DNA of 34,175 bases. Source: Patescibacteria group bacterium. GTDB lineage: Bacteria > Patescibacteriota > Gracilibacteria > JAPLVM01. The translations under genes were made by a program, and so were the position numbers. Under the pieces are notes generated by a model. The model worked only from the letters and a program-made list of their open reading frames with translations. It searched no databases and was not told where the DNA came from. The stretch lies in NCBI GenBank assembly GCA_026397115.1, contig JAPLVM010000044.1:1-34175 (forward strand). The letters run 5' to 3'. Shown here one piece after another: positions 6,993 to 15,196 of this stretch. How positions within the stretch are numbered: position 1 is the first letter of the stretch; every line of letters starts with the position of its first letter.

Positions 6993-8690
6993 TTAAAAAA
7001 CTGTCTTCTGATAACACTCCTCGCAATAAATCTTTTCTGGACGGTCAGGTGCAAACGGCGTTTCAAACTCAACACTACAGCCGAGGTTAGCGCAGGAACG
7101 GTGCCACAAACGCAAAGGATTAAGCTGTTTTAATCGCATTTCATATCGCAAATCAGGATGCAATCGAGGAAGGGGCAATCCAGCGCGACGGTAAAATGCC
7201 AGCTCGGCTTTTTGAATGATAAATGGCCTCTTGGTTTCCGCGCACTCAATCGCCCAATTCAAAATTTCATCAGGCACCTCTGAAATTGAAATTGGTAATT
7301 TGGAAGCTGGAATAATTTTTGCTACTTTTGGAATTTCAATTTTCTCATCAAGCCATTCAAATCCATGTTGAACCGCTTTTTCTTTTGTTATGGGAAAATG
7401 ATCATAGGCAATACTTTCATTATAAGCAAATGGCGAAATGCTAGAAGGAAAAAATTTTGCCCATTCACCTGTCTTTTCCATGTGTGAAATAATCTTTGCA
7501 ATCAGTTCACTGTATTCCTGTTTAGAATATTTTTTATTAAAAATGCAGTATTCTTGATGATTGTTCAGGCCATGGCATCCAAAGCAATTTTTAACATTCA
7601 TACAACTTTGACAATAAATCAGATTCTCGCACGCCCAAGATCGATGAGTAAAAAGACAAGAATAAGTGTCATTACCTATTTCACCGCAGTTATAAGCAAG
7701 ATTGATATTTGATCCCCACACAGATACATCCTGGCAGTCTTTGATACCATATTTGAGCCAAGCACAATATTTGCAATCTTCAGCGTCTTTCACAATAAAA
7801 GACTGGCTGCAATTCTTGCAATTTTCAAGCATATTACCCACCGACGCCTCACAGCTCAAAATATTCGCATATTTATGCGGAACCGAAAGATATATCTCAT
7901 AAGCTCTTTTTTTTGTATCTTCTATCGATGACGGCGTAAAGAAAAAATCTCTTAATCTATGTTCATATTCAGCGCGAGTTAATTTTTCATTAAACCAATA
8001 ATACTCTTTATTTCGAAGCTCACTACAACCAAAACAATTTGAACAACCATAACAGTAATGACAAAAATGACAGTTATTACAATCCTTCAAACTACGAGAG
8101 AAAAATGAATAATAGCAATTTATACCATCAACACATTCATAGCATAATTCCGCATGGTCTATATCTCGACAGTCAAAGCAATCACGCGAATACCACAATC
8201 CAGTGCAATACATGCAACACTCGCTTCCAGCAGCGTTAAAACACAGGTAACAGTTTTTTAGGCTATTACACCCATTGCAATATTCAGAATTTTCCATGCC
8301 CATAGTATCAACAAACGCGTGCGGATGAGGAACTTCGAGAGCCATTTCTCGAAATTGCTCAAAAAATTGCCTATTAAAATCAAAGTCACGACCCTGCCTC
8401 AATGGATCGTAATATTTGTCATCATGCCAAGCACTTATATGGTACACAGGAAATTTCACATCAGGCCTATGAGCTGAAATTATTGTTCTGCCTGTCGCAT
8501 CACACTTTCGTTTATAAATTTTACGAATATTACGAAAAGAAAGTCTGTGTATCAACCGACATTCTGGGCACATTTCCGGCTCAGGAATCGCAAATTTCTG
8601 ACCATTAAAAATTGGCGCAACTTTATCATGAAAAACACGATCTTCAGGGGCAACTTCAAACTGCGATTTACACTTTAAACAAGTTTTCAT
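6993..8690 (-). CDS. Cys-rich zinc-ribbon protein, array paralogue (565 aa), unknown function
   Basis: 565-aa ORF with N-terminus MKTCLKCKSQFEV.PED..F.DK..PIFNG.K...PEP..CPECR. The C-terminus WAIECAETKRPFIIQKAELAFYRRAGLPLPRLHPDLR is near-identical in pattern to 878..2575. Confidence 0.85.
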   Translation of the reverse strand: MKTCLKCKSQFEVAPEDRVFHDKVAPIFNGQKFAIPEPEMCPECRLIHRLSFRNIRKIYKRKCDATGRTIISAHRPDVKFPVYHISAWHDDKYYDPLRQGRDFDFNRQFFEQFREMALEVPHPHAFVDTMGMENSEYCNGCNSLKNCYLCFNAAGSECCMYCTGLWYSRDCFDCRDIDHAELCYECVDGINCYYSFFSRSLKDCNNCHFCHYCYGCSNCFGCSELRNKEYYWFNEKLTRAEYEHRLRDFFFTPSSIEDTKKRAYEIYLSVPHKYANILSCEASVGNMLENCKNCSQSFIVKDAEDCKYCAWLKYGIKDCQDVSVWGSNINLAYNCGEIGNDTYSCLFTHRSWACENLIYCQSCMNVKNCFGCHGLNNHQEYCIFNKKYSKQEYSELIAKIISHMEKTGEWAKFFPSSISPFAYNESIAYDHFPITKEKAVQHGFEWLDEKIEIPKVAKIIPASKLPISISEVPDEILNWAIECAETKRPFIIQKAELAFYRRAGLPLPRLHPDLRYEMRLKQLNPLRLWHRSCANLGCSVEFETPFAPDRPEKIYCEECYQKTVF

Positions 8691-8810
8691 TGGCTATATT
8701 ATGCAAGTAAAATCATTTTACAGATTTCATTACAACATTGTCCAATAAAATAAAAAATATTTATTATGTTAAAATAGCGCTGAAAATGCGAATCTAAAGT
8801 TGCGGCAAAT

Positions 8811-8901
8811 GGAGAGATGCCAGAGTGGTTGAACGGGCCGGTCTCGAAAACCGGTATTCCGCTTTGCGGGATCGAGGGTTCGAATCCCTCTCTCTCCGCC
8901 A
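8811..8901 (+). tRNA. tRNA-Ser (anticodon CGA), CCA encoded
   Basis: Acceptor stem is GGAGAGA/TCTCTCC and the anticodon stem-loop is CCGGT-CTCGAAA-ACCGG. It has a long variable arm, a T-arm GAGGGTTCGAATCCCTC and discriminator G plus CCA. It aligns well with E. coli tRNA-Ser as I recall it. Confidence 0.93.
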
Positions 8902-8947
8902 AATATGATGAACCATATTACTACATATAATTTAATCTAACTAAAAC

Positions 8948-9376
8948 ATGCGCTTGAATTACCTAATCCCAGCAGGATATATTTTAGCGTTAATCCTAGC
9001 GATCACGGGTTGCGCCAATACCAAAACAAAAGATTGCGAAACAATTGATAGGGTTAACTTGAACTTACCTTCTTATTTCTTATACGCCGACAAAAACATT
9101 GATATTCCTGAAAATTTACTTGTTTTTGGTCCAGCAATCTCACCAAACATCTTCGAAAATGAAATCATCTATAAAACAAACGGTTGGAATTTTTATTGCA
9201 AATCAAACTCAAAACCAGCACAAAAAATTGAGTATTTTTACTATAGCAAAGCCTGTATTATGGGGGCATGGCGTTATCGCTACGCCTATATTTGCGATGA
9301 CAAATATTATATTCTTGACGGCAGAGATGCTGGAGGCGTAAGACTATATGGACCATTTGACATCGCAAGCCAATAA
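8948..9376 (+). CDS. Small lipoprotein, unknown function (142 aa)
   Basis: Signal peptide with lipobox LAITGC. Confidence 0.6.
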   Translation: MRLNYLIPAGYILALILAITGCANTKTKDCETIDRVNLNLPSYFLYADKNIDIPENLLVFGPAISPNIFENEIIYKTNGWNFYCKSNSKPAQKIEYFYYSKACIMGAWRYRYAYICDDKYYILDGRDAGGVRLYGPFDIASQ

Positions 9377-9414
9377 AAAAGTCGTAAAAAAATAATCATT
9401 ATAAAATTTTGAAA

Positions 9415-11115
9415 ATGCTGAAAGACCAGATAATTAAACTGCTCATCAAAAAAAATATTATTACGGAAACCGAATCCTCTCATATCAGCGATGAGGGGCT
9501 GGAAGAATTTATGGTGAGAAGAGCAAATGACCTTAAAAAAATCCCCAAAACAATACCCAAAGAGCAAGCAGAAAAAATAAGAAGGATGCTTAGTTTAGAC
9601 TCACGCGAGAACAAAAAAGACAGGCCAGAAACAAGAAAGAAGGAAATCGAAAAAATCATACTGGAAATGCGCTCATACCTGAAACAATTTCAAACTAAAT
9701 GTCCTGAAGTAATCGGGATGATCCTTCTTGGAAGCAGAATTAATCCAAATAAAATTCCTTCTAAAAACAGCGATATTGATACAGTATTAATCCTGAAAGA
9801 AGGGTTCGAAGCAACTTCAAAAACAAGGGACGGACAGGCAATGGTTTGGAAATTAAGATCTTTTTCAGATAGCCTACTCACTGATTCTGGCTTGCAAGTT
9901 GAATTGGACGAATTCTACACAGCTGATAGATTTTTCGAAAAGCTAGATTCTAACGAGGATAAGAGCAAACTAATATGGGGCTGGCACCCAAAAGCAATAA
10001 GGTATATAGGAAGCAATATTGATGGAATGAATGAGGCTCAAGTCCAAACTCGCATTTTGCAAGCGCTGAACTCAAAAAAAATGCGAACGCTCAGAGAAGA
10101 AGTCATTACCAAAGCCAAAAAAACCATCTCAAAATATCTCTGTATGAAAAAAAATCATTCTACAAATAAACCCGCAAAAGAGCAGATCAATAAACCAAAA
10201 ATCATCACCTCTTACATTAACCCTGATTTGGACGCAGTGGCTTGCATCTTTGCCTATCAAGAATTTCTAACAAAAACTGGTTCTAAAGTAAAAATATGGC
10301 TAAATGGCAAACCACGCGACGAAGCCAAATTCATCATCAAAAAGTTTCATCTAAAACTCCCGAAATCAATAAAAAATCCAGCAAAAATTAATGAATTTAT
10401 CCTAGCTGATGCGAGCGACATACGCGGCATAGATCCAAAAATTCAGCTAAAACAAGTTATAGAAATCATCGACCACCGCGAAGTCCAAGACGCGCACCTC
10501 TTTCCAAATGCAAAAATACAAATCGAAAAAGTCGGCGCCGCAGCCACGCTGATCGCTGAGAAATTTTATGAAAAACGAATTACCCCATCAAAAGAATCTG
10601 CGATTTTACTTTATTCAGCCGTAATTTCAAATACATTAAATTTTCAGGCAAAGGTGGCTACTGATCGCGATCTTAAAATGTCAAAATGGCTTAAAAGCTG
10701 CGTGGAAATATCAGATTCCCTGCCCGAAGAAATGTTTGCCGCAAAATCTAATTTGAATGGCGAAAACTTAAAAGCTCGATTTCATCAAGAATTTGCATGG
10801 TTTGATCTTGCGAGTAAAAAGATCGGGATCGTTCAACTCGAAATTATAAATGGCGAAAAGCTCATTCTTGAGCGACATGCTGAGCTGATAGGAAATCTAA
10901 ATAATATTATAAAAAATTATCGTCTTGATTTCGGATTTGTAACAATAGTTGATCTAAACCACGGATGTAATTGGTTCATGACGGAAAACGCTAATATGCA
11001 AAAAATCCTGCATGAAATTTTCAAGATTAAATTTGAAAATAATGTCGCCGTAAAAAACAGCCTAATCATGAGGAAAGAGCTCGTCCCGCTAATCAAGAAA
11101 TATTTGGAGCAATAA
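9415..11115 (+). CDS. Fusion protein: N-terminal minimal nucleotidyltransferase-fold domain plus C-terminal DHH/DHHA2 domain (family II inorganic pyrophosphatase-like)
   Basis: NTase signature LLGS-x12-DID (nt ~9724-9790). The C-terminal ~300 aa align with family II PPase along their whole length (YINPDLDAVACIFAY; ILADASD; IIDHRE; KVGAAATLI; LYSAVISNTLNF; MRKELVP). The ORF track starts at TTG 9409; the first ATG is at 9415. Confidence 0.75.
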   Translation: MLKDQIIKLLIKKNIITETESSHISDEGLEEFMVRRANDLKKIPKTIPKEQAEKIRRMLSLDSRENKKDRPETRKKEIEKIILEMRSYLKQFQTKCPEVIGMILLGSRINPNKIPSKNSDIDTVLILKEGFEATSKTRDGQAMVWKLRSFSDSLLTDSGLQVELDEFYTADRFFEKLDSNEDKSKLIWGWHPKAIRYIGSNIDGMNEAQVQTRILQALNSKKMRTLREEVITKAKKTISKYLCMKKNHSTNKPAKEQINKPKIITSYINPDLDAVACIFAYQEFLTKTGSKVKIWLNGKPRDEAKFIIKKFHLKLPKSIKNPAKINEFILADASDIRGIDPKIQLKQVIEIIDHREVQDAHLFPNAKIQIEKVGAAATLIAEKFYEKRITPSKESAILLYSAVISNTLNFQAKVATDRDLKMSKWLKSCVEISDSLPEEMFAAKSNLNGENLKARFHQEFAWFDLASKKIGIVQLEIINGEKLILERHAELIGNLNNIIKNYRLDFGFVTIVDLNHGCNWFMTENANMQKILHEIFKIKFENNVAVKNSLIMRKELVPLIKKYLEQ

Positions 11116-11202
11116 CGATAAAAAATAATCAGGAATAAATACGCAAACCATACAATTACAGTACGGCGCAATTTTTATCGCGCCGCATAAAATAAAGAAA
11201 AC

Positions 11203-11934
11203 ATGTACGACCCAGAAAAACATCACCGTCGATCAATTCGACTAAAAAATTATGACTACTCGCAAAATGGCGCGTATTCAATAACCATCTGCGCGCAGAA
11301 CCGCGAGCATTTCTTTGGAGAAATTATTAATGAAAAAATGATTCTAAATGATGCGGGAATAATGGTGAATGCGCAATGGAATGATCTAATAAATAGATTC
11401 AGCAATATTCATTTGGATCAATATATTTTGATGCCAAATCATTTTCATTGCATTCTAATTATTAATGATCAAAATGATTCGAGGCAGGCACAAGAGCCTG
11501 CCCCAACGATAATCAATCCTAGGCAGCCAGATTCAGGGCAGGCACAAGGGCTTGATTTTGATTCAGGGCAGCCACGAGGGCTTGCCCCAACGATAATCGA
11601 GGCAAGTACGGATACCCCTCGTGGGTATCCGTATCCGCATCCGCAGCCATCAAATTTCGGAAATTCTGGGCGGCCACAAAGGCCTGCCCCAACGATAATC
11701 GAGGCCCCCACAAAGAAAACCATCGGCGATATAATCGGAGCATTCAAATCAATTACCACGAACGAATATATCAACGGCGTGAAAAATAAAGGCTGGAAAA
11801 CATTCAATAAAAGATTATGGCAACGAAACTACTACGAACACATCATTCGCAACGAAAATGAATTACACAGAATCCGTGAATATATCATCAATAATCCGCG
11901 TAACTGGGGACGTAATAAAAAATCTAGGAAATAA
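11203..11934 (+). mobile_element. IS200/IS605-type Y1 (HUH) transposase, RAYT-like, 243 aa, with a low-complexity in-frame insert
   Basis: HUH motif MPNHFHCILII and a catalytic-Tyr helix region WQRNYYEHIIRNENELHRIREYIINNPRNW. The N-terminus HHRRSIRLKNYDYSQNGAYSITICAQNREHFFG is typical of REP-associated tyrosine transposases. Confidence 0.85.
11473..11715 (+). repeat. Cluster of GC-rich hairpin repeats inside the transposase ORF
   Basis: GGCAGGC-ACAAGA-GCCTGCC at 11483..11502. Direct repeat GATTCAGGGCAG(G/C)CAC(A/G)AGGGCTTG occurs twice (about 11530-11585). Perfect hairpin ACGGATACCC-CTCGT-GGGTATCCGT at 11608..11632. GGGCGGCCACAAAGGCCTGCCCC near 11668-11690. The tail GCCCCAACGATAATC occurs three times. 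Confidence 0.8.
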
Positions 11935-12006
11935 TTCCGCGCTTTGCGCCCCAATTTATAACGCAATATTCCTAAACGCAAGTCAAATCCAAAGATATCG
12001 AGTCCA

Positions 12007-12034
12007 TTGACAAATAATGAAATTTTTCTAAAAT
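12007..12034 (+). promoter_or_regulatory. Sigma70-like promoter TTGACA-16 nt-TAAAAT
   Basis: Consensus -35 at 12007..12012 and -10 TAAAAT at 12029..12034, about 165 nt upstream of the 12200 start. Confidence 0.5.
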
Positions 12035-12199
12035 GCGGGTGTAGTATGGATCAAAAGAGGGCTTATTAATCAACAGCCCCCAAATCCATATGCCCTATTA
12101 AAATATCGGGAAGGGAAAGATTTTTTGCTTACAAATAGGAAATTATTAATAATTTAGTTTTCTGCTTGTAGGCAAAAAATCTAATTTTACGGAGGTAAA

Positions 12200-12715
12200 A
12201 TGAAAAAATATCTTTTGTTTTGCTTGTTGGTAGTCGCACTCTGTGCGACTACCGTGTTTGGAAATGTAATGGCAGCCGATGTCGGACCGGGATACTACGC
12301 ATTTGGCGAGAGTAATTCCCAGGGCGATGCCATTACCGGTATAATGGTTGGAAATTGGTGGAACACATATTGCAAACTTATGACTATTTCCACTGGTACA
12401 ACCATCATTAATCATCCCCTGACCCAGGAAGCAACCGACAACGCGAACACTTATACGATGGATGTACGCGGCAAAACGATCGGTTTAGAAGAAACATCTT
12501 CCGTGTGGACAAATGAAGCAGGCGGTAACAACGTCGGGGCTTATCATTACGGTGGCGTATTTTCAAATGTAATTGTGGCAGCGACGGACTATGCGGCCTC
12601 GAACGAGGCATGTACTATGTCTACCACCGGGTCAAAGTGCACCGACGCCAAAGACACTGGACCTGGATGGAAGTGGTTAAATAATAATTATACCAAAATG
12701 GATATCCCCGGTTAA
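12200..12715 (+). CDS. Secreted protein, unknown function (171 aa)
   Basis: Signal peptide MKKYLLFCLLVVALCATTVFGNVMA and a strong SD (GGAGGT) upstream. Confidence 0.7.
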   Translation: MKKYLLFCLLVVALCATTVFGNVMAADVGPGYYAFGESNSQGDAITGIMVGNWWNTYCKLMTISTGTTIINHPLTQEATDNANTYTMDVRGKTIGLEETSSVWTNEAGGNNVGAYHYGGVFSNVIVAATDYAASNEACTMSTTGSKCTDAKDTGPGWKWLNNNYTKMDIPG

Positions 12716-12744
12716 ATCAAAAATCCCACGCGAGAACAAGGCAT

Positions 12745-12824
12745 CTCCCCTTCCCGAAACAAAAACAAAAAAGAAATACCCGTTGAAGGAAGGGGAGCTG
12801 ACCTTATGTCAACTTCCCTTTTTT
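12745..12824 (+). promoter_or_regulatory. Three-segment alternative hairpin: A CTCCCCTTCC (12745..12754), B GGAAGGGGAG (12788..12797), C CTTCCCTT plus T-run (12813..12824)
   Basis: A:B is a perfect 10-bp pairing. B:C is AAGGGGAG/CTTCCCTT, 8 bp with one G-U, followed by TTTT, which is terminator-like. Confidence 0.4.
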
Positions 12825-12937
12825 ACTTTCCATTTCTCACCAAGCTCACCAGTTTTTTCAAGATACCCGAAAAAACTAGCCTTTGATTCCAAGCAAAACT
12901 TAGTATAAAATACCCCCAGAATTCACACATCCACAAC

Positions 12938-14443
12938 GTGCCAACGAAAAAAAACACCTCAAAAATATCATCAGCCAAAATTGATAAACCCAAAAAACGA
13001 GTCGCTAAGCCGCAAGCAAATAAAGAAAGCGACACTGAGATTGCGGTAATTGTTAAAAAACCGATAACCAAAGTCGAAGAAGAAACCTTATTCCATAAAA
13101 AACCATCAAGCGAAACCAAGCCATTCCAATCAGATGAAATTTCAAGCAAGGAGCCTGAGCCAAAAGCAGAGGACCAAAATAAGCAAAATCCGATTCAGAA
13201 ATTTCAAATGCGCATCTCGCATTCCGGCAAAAAAGCACTTGCTATTTTTATTGCGCTTGCAGTTTGCTTGATCCTTTTGATTTCATTTATAACCCTTCCA
13301 ACCGCAACAATCTACATAGAGCCACGAACCACTGAGGAAATCTTTGCGACAAGTATTACATTTGCTGATCGCACAATCAATCAATATGACCTCTTAACTG
13401 AAAAGCCGAATTACATAGCTACAGAGACTCTGAGCTACACACTTGAGCTAACCAGTGAATATCCAGCGACAGGTGAGCTTTTTGAAGGCAAACCAGCACG
13501 CGGAGAAATCACTATTTACAACCGCGGTACAAAACCAAAAACATTTGTTCCAAGCCGCTTCAAAACACAAGATGATTTACTCTTTTGGATAGAATCAGAA
13601 GTCAAAGTACCAGAGCGTCTTGATGACGCAACCCCAGGATCAATTACAGTGCCAGCGCATGCCGCTGACTATGACACATTTGGCAGACCAATCGGCACTC
13701 GTGGCAATATACAAGCTGGTCAACAACTGACAATGCCGGCAATTCCATATCTCTCACCATTGCTTTATTACGGCGTAAATCATAAAGCATTCACTGGCGG
13801 CACAGCAATTAGCTCAAAAATCGTTCTTCAAGAAGATCTTGATCTTGCTCGTAAACGCATCGAAGAAGAGCTGACCAAAAAGACTATGAAACTAATGGAT
13901 GAGAAAATTATTGCACGCAACAAAGCTGAAAACCGCAATGATACTATGCTCATGGTAGATGGCAGTTATGATTACAAGGTTGAAGAGGTAAAAGTTGATA
14001 AAAACCTATTAGGTCAAAAACGTGCAACTTTTCCGGCCACTATAAAGTTAACTGTTACTGGGCGCGTATATAACCGCGATGATTTATACAGAATACTTGT
14101 TTCTGGGCTTCAGAGCAGAATCACGCCTGGCATGCATTTGGGCAAGGTTGATTTTTCAGGCATGGAAATGAACATTGCCGAACGCAATATCAAAAAAGAG
14201 CTCATCCGTATAAATACTGAAATACGCGGACTTACAATTTACGACTTTGATCCAGAAAATGAAACCGGTCAAGAGATGACAAAGCGCATCAGACAAAAAC
14301 TTGCTGGCCAGCAAGTTACATGGGCTGAGAAATATCTGCAAAACCTAACAGAAGTTGAAAACGCTGACATTGTTACATGGCCGTTTTGGCGAGATAAGCT
14401 GCCATCAGTAGAAAATAACATTGAAATTAAAGTAAAAAACTAG
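12938..14443 (+). CDS. Membrane-anchored protein, unknown function (501 aa): Lys-rich N-terminal tail, one TM helix, large extracytoplasmic domain
   Basis: GTG start in the ORF track; the first ATG is in frame at 13208. TM segment ALAIFIALAVCLILLISFITL. No motif I can name. Confidence 0.6.
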   Translation: MPTKKNTSKISSAKIDKPKKRVAKPQANKESDTEIAVIVKKPITKVEEETLFHKKPSSETKPFQSDEISSKEPEPKAEDQNKQNPIQKFQMRISHSGKKALAIFIALAVCLILLISFITLPTATIYIEPRTTEEIFATSITFADRTINQYDLLTEKPNYIATETLSYTLELTSEYPATGELFEGKPARGEITIYNRGTKPKTFVPSRFKTQDDLLFWIESEVKVPERLDDATPGSITVPAHAADYDTFGRPIGTRGNIQAGQQLTMPAIPYLSPLLYYGVNHKAFTGGTAISSKIVLQEDLDLARKRIEEELTKKTMKLMDEKIIARNKAENRNDTMLMVDGSYDYKVEEVKVDKNLLGQKRATFPATIKLTVTGRVYNRDDLYRILVSGLQSRITPGMHLGKVDFSGMEMNIAERNIKKELIRINTEIRGLTIYDFDPENETGQEMTKRIRQKLAGQQVTWAEKYLQNLTEVENADIVTWPFWRDKLPSVENNIEIKVKN

Positions 14444-14476
14444 CCTGCCCAAGCACTCTTGATTTAAAGTAAAAAA

Positions 14477-14508
14477 TAGGGTACATTTCACAGTAACCCT
14501 ACTTTTTA
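14477..14508 (+). terminator. Intrinsic terminator after 12938..14443 (TAGGGTAC..GTAACCCTA followed by CTTTTTAT)
   Basis: Stem with one bulge followed by a T-run, 34 nt after the stop. Confidence 0.55.
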
Positions 14509-14517
14509 TCAACAAAA

Positions 14518-15117
14518 ATGTCTGCTTTTGAAATCCCTACGCTACCATATTCAACAAGCGCGCTAAACCCATACATTTCAGCACGCACCCTCGAATTCCA
14601 CTATGGCAAACATCATGTCAACTATATGGAAAATCTAAATAAATTGATCGCAGAAACAGAAATGGAAAATCTGGATTTAACCTCCCTTATCCAAAAAACC
14701 GCAAATGAAGACCACCGCATCAATGTCTTTAACAATGCCGCTCAGGCCTGGAACCACACTTTTTATTGGCGCGGAATGAAACAAGGCGGAGGCGGTCAAC
14801 CATCCGCAGAGCTTGAAGAATTAATTAATAAGAGCTTTGGCAGTTTGGAAAAATTTCAAGAAGAATTCAAAAAAACAGCTTTAAATCATTTTGGCAGTGG
14901 CTGGGCTTGGCTAATAATAGAAGATGGAACACTCAAAGTAATGTCAACCAGCAACGCAGATACTCCAATTGCTCACGGACAAAAGCCTCTTCTCACAATT
15001 GATCTTTGGGAGCACGCGTATTATATAGACTATCAAAATAGACGCGCAGAATATATAGACATGTTTATAAATAAGCTAATTAACTGGAATTTTGTGCTGG
15101 AAACGCTCAAAGACTGA
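14518..15117 (+). CDS. sodB: Fe-type superoxide dismutase
   Basis: LPY..ALNPYIS..TLEFHYGKHH, NNAAQAWNHTFYW, GSGWAWL and DLWEHAYYIDYQNRRAEY are hallmark Fe/Mn SOD motifs. The AAQ.WNH pattern favours the Fe type. Confidence 0.93.
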   Translation: MSAFEIPTLPYSTSALNPYISARTLEFHYGKHHVNYMENLNKLIAETEMENLDLTSLIQKTANEDHRINVFNNAAQAWNHTFYWRGMKQGGGGQPSAELEELINKSFGSLEKFQEEFKKTALNHFGSGWAWLIIEDGTLKVMSTSNADTPIAHGQKPLLTIDLWEHAYYIDYQNRRAEYIDMFINKLINWNFVLETLKD

Positions 15118-15145
15118 TTTTAAAGATTGAATTTTTGAAGAAGGC

Positions 15146-15196
15146 TTACGCACCGTTCGCGTCTGGAACTGACTTTAGGACGTCTTTTGCATTGAT
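15146..15196 (+). repeat. Possible degenerate copy of the AGACGC-palindrome element
   Basis: TTACGCACCGTTCGCGTCT ... GGACGTCTTTTGCATTGA resembles AGACGCATTGCATGCGTCT ... GACGCGTCTTTGTATTGCA of 742..823 and 2576..2650. Aligned by eye only. Confidence 0.3.

Noticed and set aside
6980-7075. Longer start (7075) for the 5300.. paralogue given by the ORF track
   Set aside because: It would overlap the upstream gene by 83 nt. The extra 32 aa (MLSLKRRLHLTVQKRFIARSVIRRQFFNYKSA) have no counterpart in the paralogues. The ATG at 6979 fits the spacing.
46-8901. Cys-rich array as a tRNA-Ser-integrated genomic island
   Set aside because: The array lies on the 5' side of the tRNA. I saw no integrase, no direct repeat of the tRNA 3' end and no obvious composition break. 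This cannot be excluded without the rest of the genome.
8699-8902. 67-aa minus-strand ORF (..EREGFEPSIPQSGIPVFETGPFNHSG..)
   Set aside because: It is the antisense shadow of tRNA-Ser (8811..8901). The peptide is the typical translation of a tRNA complement.
11473-11715. CRISPR-like array
   Set aside because: The repeats are short, imperfect, irregularly spaced and lie inside an intact transposase ORF. No cas genes and no regular repeat-spacer periodicity occur anywhere in the window.
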